A stretch of 64,000 bases of DNA from Mytilus edulis (taxonomy: Eukaryota), in contig NC_092351.1 of NCBI RefSeq assembly GCF_963676685.1, positions 63,364,001 through 63,428,000 on the forward strand, read 5' to 3'. Positions 1 through 11,862 of this stretch are shown here, piece after piece. Made by a program: the position numbers and the translations under genes. Every line of letters starts with the position of its first letter. The stretch's first letter is position 1. The notes below the pieces were generated by a model. That model was not told the DNA's origin and made no database searches. It saw nothing but the letters and a program-made list of their open reading frames with translations.

Positions 1-247
1 CATTTTGCCTTGCAACAGGCCACCTACGGACCCCTCAAAGAGTTGTCGCAAGGGTTCATAACGTGCAAAGAGCGTGGCACTCGCTTTACACGAAACATCG
101 GATTTAACGTCCCCATTCCGACCGGACGTGACTGCGAACTTGATACATCCCGCGCAGCCAAACGGACGCCCCATTTCAGCAAGCGTTTTACTGCCGGTCG
201 GGAGAAGACCAAGTGACCATATTTCTATTCATCAGACACCCTTGGGG
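1..247 (-). mobile_element. SINE family S1, copy 1 (5' half; runs off window edge)
   Basis: Near-identical to 540-785; ends at the family head CCCCAAGGGTG on the minus strand. Confidence 0.9.
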
Positions 248-361
248 CTGTTATATATTTGAAATGAAAGATTAAATCACAGAAAATGAGTCGAGTCAGT
301 TGTGGTCGATGTACAAAGGAAAGGAAGGAAGGTGTTCAAACAATCTTTCTAACATTTACAT

Positions 362-785
362 TGATTGATTGATTGTTGGTTGCTTAACGTCCAGTGGCAA
401 ATATTTCATGCATATTCAGGACGAGAACAAGTTCACAATAAATACAATAGGTAGGTTGTTGTAATAGAGGCCATCGAGAATGATGGTCGGGGGAAATTTG
501 GACTGCCACTGGAAAATGAGGGTATATTGGATAGACAGAAATTTTGCCTTGCAACAGGCCACCTACGGACCCCTCAAAAAGTTGTTGCAAGGGTTCTTAA
601 CGTGCAAAGAGCGTGGCACTCTCTTTACACGAGGCATCGGATTTAACGTCCCCTTCTGACGGACGTGACTGCGAACTTGATACATCCCGCACAGCCAAAC
701 GGACGCCCCACTTCAGCAAGCGTTTTACTGCCGGTCGGGAGAAGACCAAGTGACCATATTTCTATACCCCAGTCACCCTTGGGGA
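362..785 (-). mobile_element. SINE family S1, copy 2, full length
   Basis: (CAAT)n tail on the minus strand; 14-bp TSD tctaacatttacat at 348-361 and 786-799. Central GACGTTAAATCCGA...GCACGTTAAGAACCC resembles the Deu/Nin SINE domain. Confidence 0.92.
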
Positions 786-1189
786 TCTAACATTTACATG
801 AAATGTTTATGTTGAACTGTTTAGTCGGTATGAATCGTGCTTTTGACTTCACAAAGAATCACCGAAAACACATTATTGTACTTTAAAATGAAAAAAATTG
901 ACTGTGCGTACGTAAATTAGTTTAGTATATAAAGTGAGCAGATATTTCTGACTAGTAACATATAAGTTAAGGTAAAGCTAGGATCATGTATTGCAAGTGA
1001 TTTGATCGATCAATGGCCACGTCTATTTTAGGGAATATGATAAAATATGAAAATAAATAGAAGTCCTCCTCATTTTTACGGAAATGTTGTTTACCGTGCA
1101 CGGAAATTTAGAAACAATCCTGGTAAACTTATCCATCCTTTAAATAAACTTATTCTAAAAGGTTACCAAATCAACACTGTAATTAGACG

Positions 1190-1502
1190 AGGATTATAAT
1201 TCAATACGACAGACGTGCGTTTCATCTACATTAGACTCATCAGTGACGCTCAGATCAAAATAGTTATAAAACCAAACAATTAAAAAGTTGGAGAGCATTG
1301 AGGACCAGAAAGTCCAAAAAATTGTGCCAAATACGGCTAAGGTAATCTATTCCTGGGATAAGAAAGTCCTTAGTTTTTAGAAAAAAATCAATGTTTTGTA
1401 ACAGGAAATTTATAAAAATGACCATATAATTGACATCCATGTCAACACCGAAGTGCTGACTACTGGGCCGGTGATACCCTCGGGGACGAAACGTCCACCA
1501 GC
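1190..1502 (-). mobile_element. Retrozyme-like repeat (hammerhead-containing non-autonomous retroelement), near-monomer
   Basis: Contains a type I hammerhead on the minus strand; its 1190-1222 end matches the fragment at 3080-3115 in inverted orientation. Resembles mussel non-LTR retrozyme monomers (recalled, not searched). Confidence 0.75.
1206..1249 (-). ncRNA. Type I hammerhead ribozyme (slightly decayed)
   Basis: Minus strand reads gcgtca-CTGATGA-gtct aatgt agat-GAAA-cgcacg-TC-tgtcgt: intact core and stems I, II and III. Predicted GUC cleavage between 1212 and 1211. Confidence 0.85.
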
Positions 1503-1599
1503 ATATACACATCCACTGATCTACAATATGTCGATACCTGTATCTTGGCATTGCACAAGGTCATGTTTTTCATTTGATGTTGGATGCGTACTGATTGAT

Positions 1600-2113
1600 G
1601 ATTTAGTCTTAGATGCATGATTTTTTTAAAAGTTGTTAGTGACTTTGAACTCTCAAGTACCCGACCATTCCACTGTATTTGTAGTATTTGTATGTTCATC
1701 CATCTGATGAGTTTAGCCTTTTTTTACCTGATTTGAATAGTTCGTTCGTATGTTTGTACTGTTATACCACTGTCCCATGTTATGGTAGGTTATGATTCCG
1801 CTAACATGTTTAACACCGCCACATTCTGTATGTATCCGCCTGTTCCAATTCAAGAGCCTGTAATTCATTGGTTGTCGTTTGTTTATGTATTACATATTTA
1901 TTTTTGTTCATTTTTTGTACATACAATAGGCCGTTAGTTTTCTCTGAATTGTTATACAATTTCATTTCGGGGCCTTTTTATACCTGACTATGCGGTATTG
2001 GCTTTGTTCATTGTTGAAGGCCGTACGATGACCTATAGTTGTTAACTATGTGTCATTTGAACTCTCGTGGGGAGTAGCCTCATTGGTAATCATACCACAT
2101 CTTCTTTTTTATA
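1600..2113 (+). repeat. Penelope-like (Naiad-related) 3'-end family B fragment
   Basis: catgtttaacaccgcc...gcctgttccaattcaagagcctg is homologous to the reverse complement of the Naiad 3' UTR at 5940-5990; ends in the recurrent cataccacatcttctttttt tail. Confidence 0.65.
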
Positions 2114-2402
2114 TTCAAGATTAAACAAGGTAAATTAGTATTAGTTACAAACACATATCGTTAACCCTACATTTTTGTTTGATAAGCATTAAACCACTCT
2201 GATAATGTTTTCTTATCACGTGCATTAATAAACAAGCAGCGTTCATTCGTATATATTGTTATTTGCCAAATCAAATAAACGCAAAATTGACGAATATCTT
2301 GATATAACAAACATGATTTAGCCCACTGTTGAAATTTTACTCGTCCAATGTACCACCAGATTTACGTATGCTTATATCGATCCAACAAGTCCATCCACAA
2401 CA

Positions 2403-2541
2403 GTGCCTTTTATAGCTGACTTTGTAGCATTTGCTTTGCTCATTGTTGATGGCTTTACGGTGACCTATAGTTATTCATTTCTGTGCCATTTGGTCGCTTA
2501 TGGAAAGTTGTTTCATCGGCAATCATATACATCTTTTTATA
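2403..2541 (+). repeat. Family B 3'-end fragment
   Basis: Diverged copy of 1970-2113. Confidence 0.6.
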
Positions 2542-3079
2542 AAGATATTGGAACGATCCAGCAGGGTCATCCCCCAGGTAAACATGTTGTATCGATCGAA
2601 ACATACATACACCTTAGGGTTTTGTTTCGTTACAATTTGTTTATACGTATAATAATATATTCACTGTTCATTCTTATTCCTCTTTTGATGGTTTTAAACA
2701 GGAATATAGCTGCAACTGCGCATGCATGTAGTTTTATAGTAGATAATTTGCTGTTTATTTCAACATGGTTGACTTTTTATTTCATTAGGTAGGGCGAAAT
2801 ATATGTCACGGTCTATGCATGCGCTGTATTTAAAGAAAACTTGTTTGCTGCAATCATTGGCTGCTGGATTTCTATTACTGTCATATAAACTCAGTATGTC
2901 TGATTAAGTTGCTCATGTCAATAAACCAGAACTATTAACATCTGTAAATCAATCTAGCTGTGAAACAAAGTTAAAATAACCATTTCTTTGGGTAATGCTT
3001 GCACAAAATCAAAAAGATATTACAGTTGTTTTGCTTCTGTGATTGATAAAATCTTACTAATGAAAACTAACCTTTGTTT

Positions 3080-3132
3080 ACGAAACGCGCGTCTGGCGTA
3101 CTAAATTATAATCCTGGTACCTTTGATAACTA
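3080..3132 (+). repeat. Retrozyme fragment with 3' half of hammerhead
   Basis: acGAAACGCGCGTCtggcgta (palindromic stem III plus stem I 3' strand), followed by sequence matching 1190-1205 inverted. Confidence 0.75.
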
Positions 3133-4217
3133 TATCTTTGAACTTACCTTGAAGTTCAGTAGTTTTTGTAATACTTTTTTCTAATTATCGGGTCTATAAT
3201 TGAAAACTTATCTATCTTATTTTGAACCTTGTGTAAACACTTTTCTTAAAACATAGCATATACCAAAAAAAAAAAGAATAAAAGGATATTCTCAAGGCTT
3301 GGGGCTCGATTTGTCAAAGTTCACAAATTAATTTTTTTAGCAAGATTGAAACTATTAAGTACACTCGTCTAAAAATAACTTGGAGATTTCATGAATTAAA
3401 CAAGCATTTTTGAATACAGATGAAATGGCAGTTATAATTTGGAAAGAGGAAGGGGCTATTTCAGTTTGACAAGACCTTTTAAGAGACCTAAACGTTTTGA
3501 AAAGGACAGATCAATTGCTCAACCACGTTGTCTATTTTGTAAAGATTTTATTACCTGTCATTACCATTCATTAGTACCAATCGATATGTTACACTGTTGT
3601 CTTCATGTGATACTTAGAAATCGAAACTGCTAATCAAAGTTTAAGTCGAATTACATTTGTAAGCTACACAAAATTATAAAAGTATGTTTAGTATGTCATA
3701 TTTGATTACTTAATCGTAGGAGACGGAACTTTTAAAACTTCCTCGAGTTCAGTATTTTTACAAATCGTGATCAGATAAAGGCTGGCGATATTTCGATGGT
3801 AGACAGGAAGAAAATAGATCAGAAATATTACAAGTGTTTACCAGATGATCTGTCCGAGATGTAATTCCGGTTTATTCATAAACAGTCATTTACTTCAGTG
3901 AACATTTGCTGTCGTATTAAAAAATGTAATATTGTGTGTAAATTTTCGTGGTTTATTTGGCTACCAATAGCTCTAGGGTTACCCCAAAATGCTGATTTTC
4001 GAAATCAATTTTTTTTAGTTTAATGGGTTTATTTTACATGTCCAACAATTTGTTGCAAGTACAAAAAAGTAGCAGAATTAATTTGTTTGTCATTTTGTTC
4101 TGTCCAAAAATGTAATTTTTTTCCAGAAACAGTACCTAAAAGGCTGGCAAAAATCAGATATTTTGGCATAACATCTGTCAATTATTTCTGTTGTGTGTTT
4201 TAGTCTTTACAGGATTG

Positions 4218-4397
4218 CAAAAGAGGGACAAAAAAATACCAGATGGACAGTCAAACTCACAGATCGGAAATAAACAGAAAACGTCATGGTTAAAAAAGAA
4301 AGAAACAACCAGACAAATAATAGTACACAAGACACAACATTGAAAACTAAGCAACACAAACCCCATCAAATCATTGGGGTGATCTTAGTTGCTCCGC
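4218..4397 (-). repeat. Penelope-like 3'-end family C fragment
   Basis: Diverged copy of 40032-40217. Confidence 0.6.
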
Positions 4398-5239
4398 AAC
4401 CTATTGTGGAACTCTATCCACCAGTGTATTGTTGATCATGTTAATGAGACGGGTTAAGTTATAGTCTTTTTCTTGTTCCTAAAACTGTACGTCCCTAGAA
4501 ATTCGGCAGTTCATTAGTTTTCAAACAAGAACTGAGGGTAAAAGACAGTTGCCCAATACTATAGACTAAAGATAGGGAAATATGAAGTATACGGAAGGGT
4601 CGTGAAAATGCATCAGAATAAAAAAGGTAAAAAAATGTGTTGGTGCCAATTTTTTGTAATCGGTCAACCGGTTTAAAACTTTATGATCATTTAAATTTCA
4701 AACATTTTGTCGTTTTCCATGCGAGAATACAATTATAATATATTGGTCAATTTAAAAACCAAATATTTCTAAAAGGTAAGAAATATGTCATTTGTATCAT
4801 CAATATTTAAAAAAAAAATCAAAACAATCAGAATCTTGGTTAAAAAGAACTAATGTGTTTACGGCATCTTTTAATAAATTGCCACTGTTTTTGCATAGAT
4901 ATCAAATTGTTTGGCATTCAAAATAGGCCCTTTTAGATACATACAATTTTAAAGTAGAAAATCAGCAGTTAAGGCATAAATAAATTTCTTAGCCATTACT
5001 TTTAAATGTCAAGTCACAGTAACAGTCATAAACTTCAGTGAACATTTGCTGTAGAAACATCACTGTTAGATTAATTGCTAATTTGTTTACTGTTTCTTAC
5101 CTTTAACAAATGTTTCGCCTAAATAAAAATATGATGTTTTTGATTTTGCTAGATAAACGGCTAAATTTTGCGTTGTTTAGGAAATCTAAATGATTATTCC
5201 TTTTGACCAGTTCTTTTTTTTCACGAATCAGTTTCATTC

Positions 5240-5300
5240 AACGAAGGACGCCAAGTGATGAGAAAATCTCACTTGGCCCTTCGGGTCAGGTGAGCTAAAA
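5240..5300 (-). mobile_element. Helentron/HINE-like non-autonomous terminus
   Basis: Minus strand ttttagctcacctgacccgaagggccaagtgag...tcatcacttggcgtcc: T-run start and short subterminal inverted repeat typical of Helentron-associated elements. Confidence 0.5.
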
Positions 5301-6221
5301 GAGTTCAATATTGTCTTACACACATCATAGTGTTATTGTTGGTAGTTTGATAAATATGAGGTCCGTGAACAAACACGTTTCATGTATAATTTCTCTATGT
5401 TAGGAAGTGTGATTTGACATTTTTTGGCATGTTTGAACTCAATAGCGTAGCCTTTTCATCTTTTTTTTTTATGTAAAATTGGAATAGAAAGTGAAAAAGC
5501 CTTGTTGAGGCCTCGAAATTGAAAGTATTATCCTTTTCCTTTATCAAAATATTGTTAATCAATTAAAAGTCACCAAACAAATAATCTTGCTTTGGAACTG
5601 GTTGTTATCAAAGGGAAACAATTCAATCTCAATCTCAATGTGTTTAAATCCAAGGAGAGATACATCTTGTTACACGAAGGGGTAGCTCATCCACTATAAA
5701 ATTGAGAATGGAAATGGGGAATGTGTCAAAGAGACAACAACCCGACCAAATAAAAAACAACAACAGCAGAGGTTCACCAACAGGTCTTCAATGTAGCGAG
5801 AAATTCCCGCACCTGGAGGCGTCCTTCAGCTGGCCCCTAAACATATATATACTAGTCCAGTGATAATGAACGCCATACTAATTTCCAAATTGTACACAAG
5901 AAACTAAAATTAAAATAATACAAGACTAACAAAGGCCAGAGGCTCCTGACTTGGGACAGGCGCAAAAATGCGGCGGGGTTAAACATGTTTGTGAGATCTC
6001 AACCCTCCCCCTATACCTCTAACCAATGTAGTAAAGTAAACGCATAACAATACGCACATTAAAATTCAGTTCAAGAGAAATCCGAGTCTGATGTCAAAAG
6101 ATGTAACCAAAGAAAATAAACAAAATGACAATAATACATAAATAACAACAGACTACTAGCAGTTAACTGACATGCCAGCTCCAGACTTCAATTAAACTGA
6201 CTGAAAGATTATGATTTCATC

Positions 6222-6282
6222 ATATGAACATCAGGCACAATCCTTCCCGTTAGGGGTTTAGTATCATACCATCATAACATAT
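6222..6282 (-). promoter_or_regulatory. Type II SECIS element in Naiad 3' UTR
   Basis: Minus strand atatg-tt-ATGAT-ggtatgatact-AAA-ccc ctaac ggg-a-aggattgtgcc-TGAT-gtt-catat: AUGA/GA core, 11-bp helix II (10 of 11 paired including GU), apical AAA, mini-stem and lower helix. Confidence 0.8.
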
Positions 6283-6337
6283 ATGAGAAGAACATAACCC
6301 GTGTCATGCCAACAACTGTATTTTAGAATAAATGTGT

Positions 6338-7393
6338 TTAGTTCCGATGCAAAGACCTTATCAGTGACTCAATATTAACGCCAAAATATGCAATCTTTAA
6401 TGACTTGACAACAGTATCGTAATTATATCCCTTCTTAATAAGTCTATTCAAAGGTTTTGTAAGTTTCTGAGGTGAATACTGACACCTTTGTGCTTTATAA
6501 AGAATATTACCATAAAAAATTGGATGTGAAATACCTGAACGTATTAGAAGTCTGCATGTTGAGCTATATTTACGAATGATGTCTTTATACCGATGATAAA
6601 ATTTAGTAAATGTTTTGACTAGTTTGTGATATCGAAAACCCTGGTGTAATAATTTTTCAGTAATACATAAATTTCTCTCGTTAAAATCGAAAACATTGTT
6701 ACATACACGGGCGAATCGTACAAGTTGAGATATATAAACACCGTAAGATGGTGACAAGGGAACGTCACCATCTAAAAACGGATAATTAACGATAGGAAAT
6801 GAAAAATCATCCCTTTTATCATAAATTTTAGTATTCAGCTTTCCATTAGTGATATAGATATCAAGATCGAGAAAAGGGCAGTGGTCATTGTTAGTATTAG
6901 CTTTATTTAAAGTAAGTTCAACAGGATAAATTTCATTAATATACATACTGAAGTCGTCATTATTGAGAGCCAAAATATCATCCAAATATCTAAAAGTATT
7001 ATTAAATTTGTTTATCAGATGTTGTTTCGATGGGTCTTTGCTTATTTTTGTCATAAATTGTAACTCATAACAATACAAAAACAGGTCCGCAATAAGTGGT
7101 GCACAGTTAGTCCCCATTGGAATTCCGATAATCTGACGATATACGGAATCTCCAAAGCGAACAAAAATATTATCTAGTAAAAATTCAAGGGCATGTATAG
7201 TATCAAAGCATGTCCACTTAACATAGTTTTTTTGTTTATTGCTACTAAAAAATGACCTAAAAGAGTTTGAACATATATATTCACATTCTGATTTTTTGAA
7301 TGCCCATTTAATTAGGTATGTGAATGTTTTCTTAATGAGAATGTGAGGCAATGTGGTATACAGGGTAGAAAAATCAAAACTTTGAACAGATTC
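6338..7393 (-). CDS. Penelope-like reverse transcriptase (N-terminally truncated, no C-terminal GIY-YIG)
   Basis: Uninterrupted frame with FDFSTLYT, QIIGIPMGTNCAP, RYLDDIL, PFLDL and SYGVYISQLVRFARVC. The ORF ends without an endonuclease, as expected for the domain-permuted Naiad clade. Confidence 0.9.
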   Translation of the reverse strand, partial: ESVQSFDFSTLYTTLPHILIKKTFTYLIKWAFKKSECEYICSNSFRSFFSSNKQKNYVKWTCFDTIHALEFLLDNIFVRFGDSVYRQIIGIPMGTNCAPLIADLFLYCYELQFMTKISKDPSKQHLINKFNNTFRYLDDILALNNDDFSMYINEIYPVELTLNKANTNNDHCPFLDLDIYITNGKLNTKIYDKRDDFSFPIVNYPFLDGDVPLSPSYGVYISQLVRFARVCNNVFDFNERNLCITEKLLHQGFRYHKLVKTFTKFYHRYKDIIRKYSSTCRLLIRSGISHPIFYGNILYKAQRCQYSPQKLTKPLNRLIKKGYNYDTVVKSLKIAYFGVNIESLIRSLHRN

Positions 7394-7507
7394 AGTTAAC
7401 TGACATGCCAGCTCCAGACTTCAATTAAACTGACTGAAAGATTATGATTTCATCATATGAACATCAGGCACAATCCTTCCCGTTAGGGGTTTAGTATCAT
7501 ACCATCA
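7393..7507 (-). repeat. pLTR-like duplication of SECIS-containing 3' UTR segment
   Basis: 115 bp identical by eye to 6160-6274. Confidence 0.9.
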
Positions 7508-9221
7508 CTATAGTCTATTTTTAAAACATCTTTTAGATATTTATTTTGCTTTACCAAATTGTTTTATAATTAATTCATCACTTGGTGCTCGCTAAGTAAA
7601 CTTTATTAAAAACCCTGAGAATGTATTTGCTATGCAATTTTTGTGGTTTTGTGAAAAGATAGTTTGAATTGTGTGCATTGATGCCATATAGTTGATAGTA
7701 ACAAATACGCATGGGAGTTCAAAAACGAGATGTGTGAAACAAAAATGGCCATTTATATTAAAGCAAAAAAACCTGACTCGTATTTTTTGCATATAGGAGA
7801 CAAATCAGGTTGTTTAATATAATTTGTCGAATGATGGGTTGTTAATGGGTGCGAGTCATTGTGACACTTTAAAAGGGTTGGACAGAATTATGGGAACTAT
7901 GGAATAAGAGGACTAGAAATGAGAATTTGATGGATGAAAGTTTGAGGCAGGGTGGTCTTAATCGTGAGAAAAGTTTGATAAAACAGGGATAATTCATGTA
8001 GATGAAAAAATAAGAGTGCAGAGGAACAGAATATGGAGTGAAGTAGGAGTTTGGGGAGGGAACTGGGAATCAATTCCCTGTGTCAGCCAAATAACTGAAA
8101 GCCATTAAAAAAATAAAGGAGTGGGGTCTGACATGTATGTAAAAGGATCAATTATGCAGGGGATGCAGACCACAGATTGGTCTAATTTGACAACTGATAA
8201 ATAAAAATACGATGGATGCCGAATGTGATAGCACTATCTAAATAAAATAAATAAAAACAATATACATTTTTTTTCAATAAGTACAATTTTTATTATGTAG
8301 ACCTAAAGTAGAGAAATGAAGCATTGAATGACTCTAATAATTGATCACGCATCTGGCAGAGCACAGCTTCCCATGGTCGGACTGAATGTCAGTTCACAAA
8401 CTTCTCAATCATTCAATGTTGTCACCAACCATATACAGTATTAGCGTTGACAGCCCTTGAAAAGCGCCATTGACTGCTTTCAATCAAACAACAGATGGAA
8501 GTTTGTAACCAACAATATTTTCAAACAACTTATCTAAAATGAGTACTAGTAAGTCTTTCAACAAAGGTTATAAATGATAAGCAACGATGCAAATATTGAA
8601 TTTTAGAACATATATAATTATCTTTAACAATGAATTCAAAACAGCAATATCTATATTATTTAACAAATATGTACTAAATAGTGTCATGTAAATCGTTAAA
8701 TATAGAAACACGCAATTTCTATTTTAAAAAAGGGAAAAAACAATTACATGACAATCCTGTCTTCCAAATGAATTTAAAAACATTTTGTTTTTATAAACAA
8801 TCATAACCAATTAAAAAAAAGAATAAACACACATACACACTGAAAATAACATGACTTGTGTGTATGTTGCAACAACTTTATTGTTGATAAACAACTGTCA
8901 ACCTGTACCAGAAACAAACAATGGTTTGGAACAAACTATACACTACGAACGACAACTCGACCTAGAATGTTACTCACATTTGTTAATAATTTGTAAACAA
9001 ACATCGATTTACAAAAAAAGCGGTAATATGTAGCAATTAATAACAATCAGAATGCTGTAGTAATGATCATCAGGATATTAATCTGGCTTGCCGCTCGGAG
9101 ATGCCGATAAGTGATATTTTACAAAATCATGTTTTCAGGGGACGTGATGAATTGTCCTTGCCAAAATTACAAATAATTCAGGTATCTAACATTTCTAACA
9201 TATATTGATACCACGATAATT

Positions 9222-10203
9222 ATAGGTTTCATAACGAGTGAGAATTAGATATCGATTGATATCAACTCGAGTTATTTAATTTCAATAATAATAAACGAGC
9301 CTACGGCGAGTTTATTATTATTGAAATCAAGCGATATCTAATTCTCACAAGTTGTTAAACCTATTTCTCTTATGGCAAAAAGTTGTATGTGCGTGGCTTA
9401 TTTGTTGCGAGTTGTGTTGCTAAGGCCGTTTTTCTTTGCAACGCGTACTGATCTTTCTCTTATGGTTGGGGCCTGTTATCTAATTTGTAACAAGTGTATT
9501 GACACGTTATTTCTACAATAATAAACAAATAACTCACTTGTTGCGCCTTAAAATCTTCTTTTTATCAGATTTTATTACATTCTGAAGCGGCACAGAAGCC
9601 AGAAAACGCCCGGTGTTTATGTATGACACCGGAAGCATACCTATGACGTCACGTAGTGTAGGGACCAAAGAAGATAACATCTTTTCGCGGAATTTTCTGT
9701 AATGAAGATTTTACACTGAAATTGTGATTGAAATTTAATTATGAACTTGTTTTGCATTAGAATAGAGATAACTGTATTGGTATTTGAAGCTTTGCGGACG
9801 TCCATCGGTAGTTTCACTGTCGCATACATAGGGAAATTGAAATTGGAAATTGTGCCAGATATAATGCCCTTTGCTCCGTTACATAACCGTACACGGGTTC
9901 CTTTCTTTATTTCTTCGTCCATGATAAGATTTGTATTAGATAATGCAGACTATAAAGCAGACGAAAATCGCGAAAACCGGAAGTAAACAATCAGTTGTCA
10001 AGAAAAAAAGTAGTCCCGGCATGACCTTTTCCAGTGAACAATGACCTGATCAACGGCCAATGAAAATATTGGAAATTTACGAGATAAGCCAATCAAATTA
10101 ACGTAATTTTGATATCACTTTTTCATATCACTCTCCGTACGGTGTGATACGAAAAATATCTATTCACGTGGGAGTTAGATAACAGGCCCCAACCATAAGA
10201 GAA
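9222..10203. mobile_element. Non-autonomous palindromic DNA element (Crypton-associated type suspected)
   Basis: Long imperfect hairpin 9222-9364; perfect 29-bp inverted repeat 9455-9483 / 10175-10203; no coding capacity. Confidence 0.5.
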
Positions 10204-10706
10204 TACATTGATAATACTGCCTTGTTAAATATACCTTATTGTCAAAGAATGCAGCAATTATTCTGTTGTCAACGGCCAAAGAAAAAATCGGGATGATCAA
10301 ACATGGAATTCCGGAAATTGACCGTCTCCAAAAATATTAAATTCTAAAATTGAGTTATCGTCCTTTTCGCGCCAGACGACTATTGAAAAGGCTAAATAGC
10401 ATACCCGTAAATGTGCATGCTACCCCATTTCCTTTCTCAATTTTATTGTAATCATTTACTGAGTATTTATGTTAACAATTTGGTTGCTGTATTTGCATTT
10501 TGAGAACTTCGATTTAAATCTATACACATATACACTTCTGTAGTATAAAAACCGGCCTTATTTTAAATAGTGATTGCAGGTTATATGATTTTGATGTTCG
10601 TTCCTGGTAAAAGGGTTGTTGTACAATGTTAACAAAATAAAAAAAAAATCAAGACAAGTCTTTAAACTGATTAAACAGTTATGTCTGTAGTAGATAATTG
10701 ATAAGC

Positions 10707-10780
10707 AGTAGTGGATTCGGAAACGATAATCAACGAGCGACGTCAGTCGCGAGTTGATTACCGATTCCGAATCCACCACT
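10707..10780 (+). repeat. 74-bp hairpin with CGAG/CGAG apex
   Basis: agtagtggattcggaaacgataatcaac-GA-gcgac gtca gtcgc-GA-gttgattaccgattccgaatccaccact; perfect 22-bp inverted copy of the left arm at 12307-12328. Confidence 0.9.
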
Positions 10781-11205
10781 TCTTATCAATTTTCTTACTT
10801 AAACCAGTGATTTTGATTTTTGTTTACTCGGAACCTAATAAAATGTATCCCTTACGAACCACAAAATCTCAATCATTTTTTTCAAATAAAATGATTGAAT
10901 ATTGACTTTTCGAAGTGATTTGTGTTTTCTATGGATGGATTATTTCAAAGGTGAAATCAAAATAAAATGTTCCCAAATTAATTTTATTGTTTGAATCAAA
11001 TAAATACACGAATTGTAAGAACAAAATTGAAGTTACAAATAATCATTATAAATCAAAAACGATTATATTTTAATCACTATGTAATAATATAGCCATCGCT
11101 TTGTAATGATAATTGCAATTTAAAAAGTTTTGAACTAACCCCTTAAAGGAAAATGTATAAATGTACGAGTTCGAGTAAAAACAGCTCATCAAAAATTGTG
11201 TAACA

Positions 11206-11505
11206 ATGGAATCGGACGATGAAAATATATTTATAACTCAGTCAAAGTTCTGTGATAATTATACTAAAAGTTCTGAGGATTTAAGTGGCAATTTTTTTTT
11301 ATGTATGAGGATATATCATCAGCTTCTGAAAATGAAGCTACTCTTTTCAAAATCCGATTTATGAGGATATATCGTCTGCGTCAGATGAAGAGTTAATGTG
11401 CACTTTAGTAGATCGTGTAACCTCTGACTTACGTAATAAGCCAGGATCATCAAGGTTGAGCAAGATTGTTTCCGACAACAAAATAGAGGAACTTTCTGTT
11501 AGGAG
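11206..11505 (+). pseudogene. Probable first exon of a Crypton-type recombinase gene (acidic N-terminus)
   Basis: ATG-initiated MESDDENIFITQ..., YEDISSAS twice, ...SSRLSKIVSDNKIEELSVRR ending at a phase-2 GT donor; internal frameshifts. Fits the usual lead-in to the STKKKIKWA motif at 14651. Confidence 0.45.
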
Positions 11506-11862
11506 GTCAGTAATTTATATTCCTTTTTGTGTAACATATATTATTTTCAAATTACCCCCCCCCCCTTTTTTCTTTTGTATTCATTAAGAATATTACAAGA
11601 TTACACTTGAAAGACCCCTTTCCGTTCTAAACCTAATGAGGATTAAAATTTTGAGAAACGAGTCCAGAATAAGTGATATAAATATGTTTGCCTGTCATTT
11701 TGGTGCAAATTATTAAGATATTTATGTCTATAAAGATCTCTAAATGAAGGAAAATGGATGAAAAAAGTTATATAAAAAACTCACTCAATAAGTTCCGAGT
11801 TGCATGACTGTTATGAAAGATTCGCTAAAAAAACCGTTTAAAACTGAATTTTCAGCGTGTCT

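Larger units (their letters stand above)
5699..7505 (-). mobile_element. Naiad-type Penelope-like retroelement, 5'-truncated, partial-tandem structure
   Basis: RT ORF plus ~640-bp 3' UTR; 115-bp UTR segment duplicated upstream (6160-6274 = 7393-7507); candidate TSD cactata at 5692-5698 and 7506-7512. Confidence 0.88.

Noticed and set aside
10-590. Recurrent short ORFs (MVFSRPAVKRL..., WGIEIWSLGLL..., MQQL.EGSVGG...) here and at 16.6, 23.5, 35.3, 36.4, 44.1 and 49.9 kb
   Set aside because: All are translations of SINE S1; indels between copies break the frames, so they are not a protein family.
1700-1735. CTGATGAG as a hammerhead core
   Set aside because: No stem II followed by GAAA.
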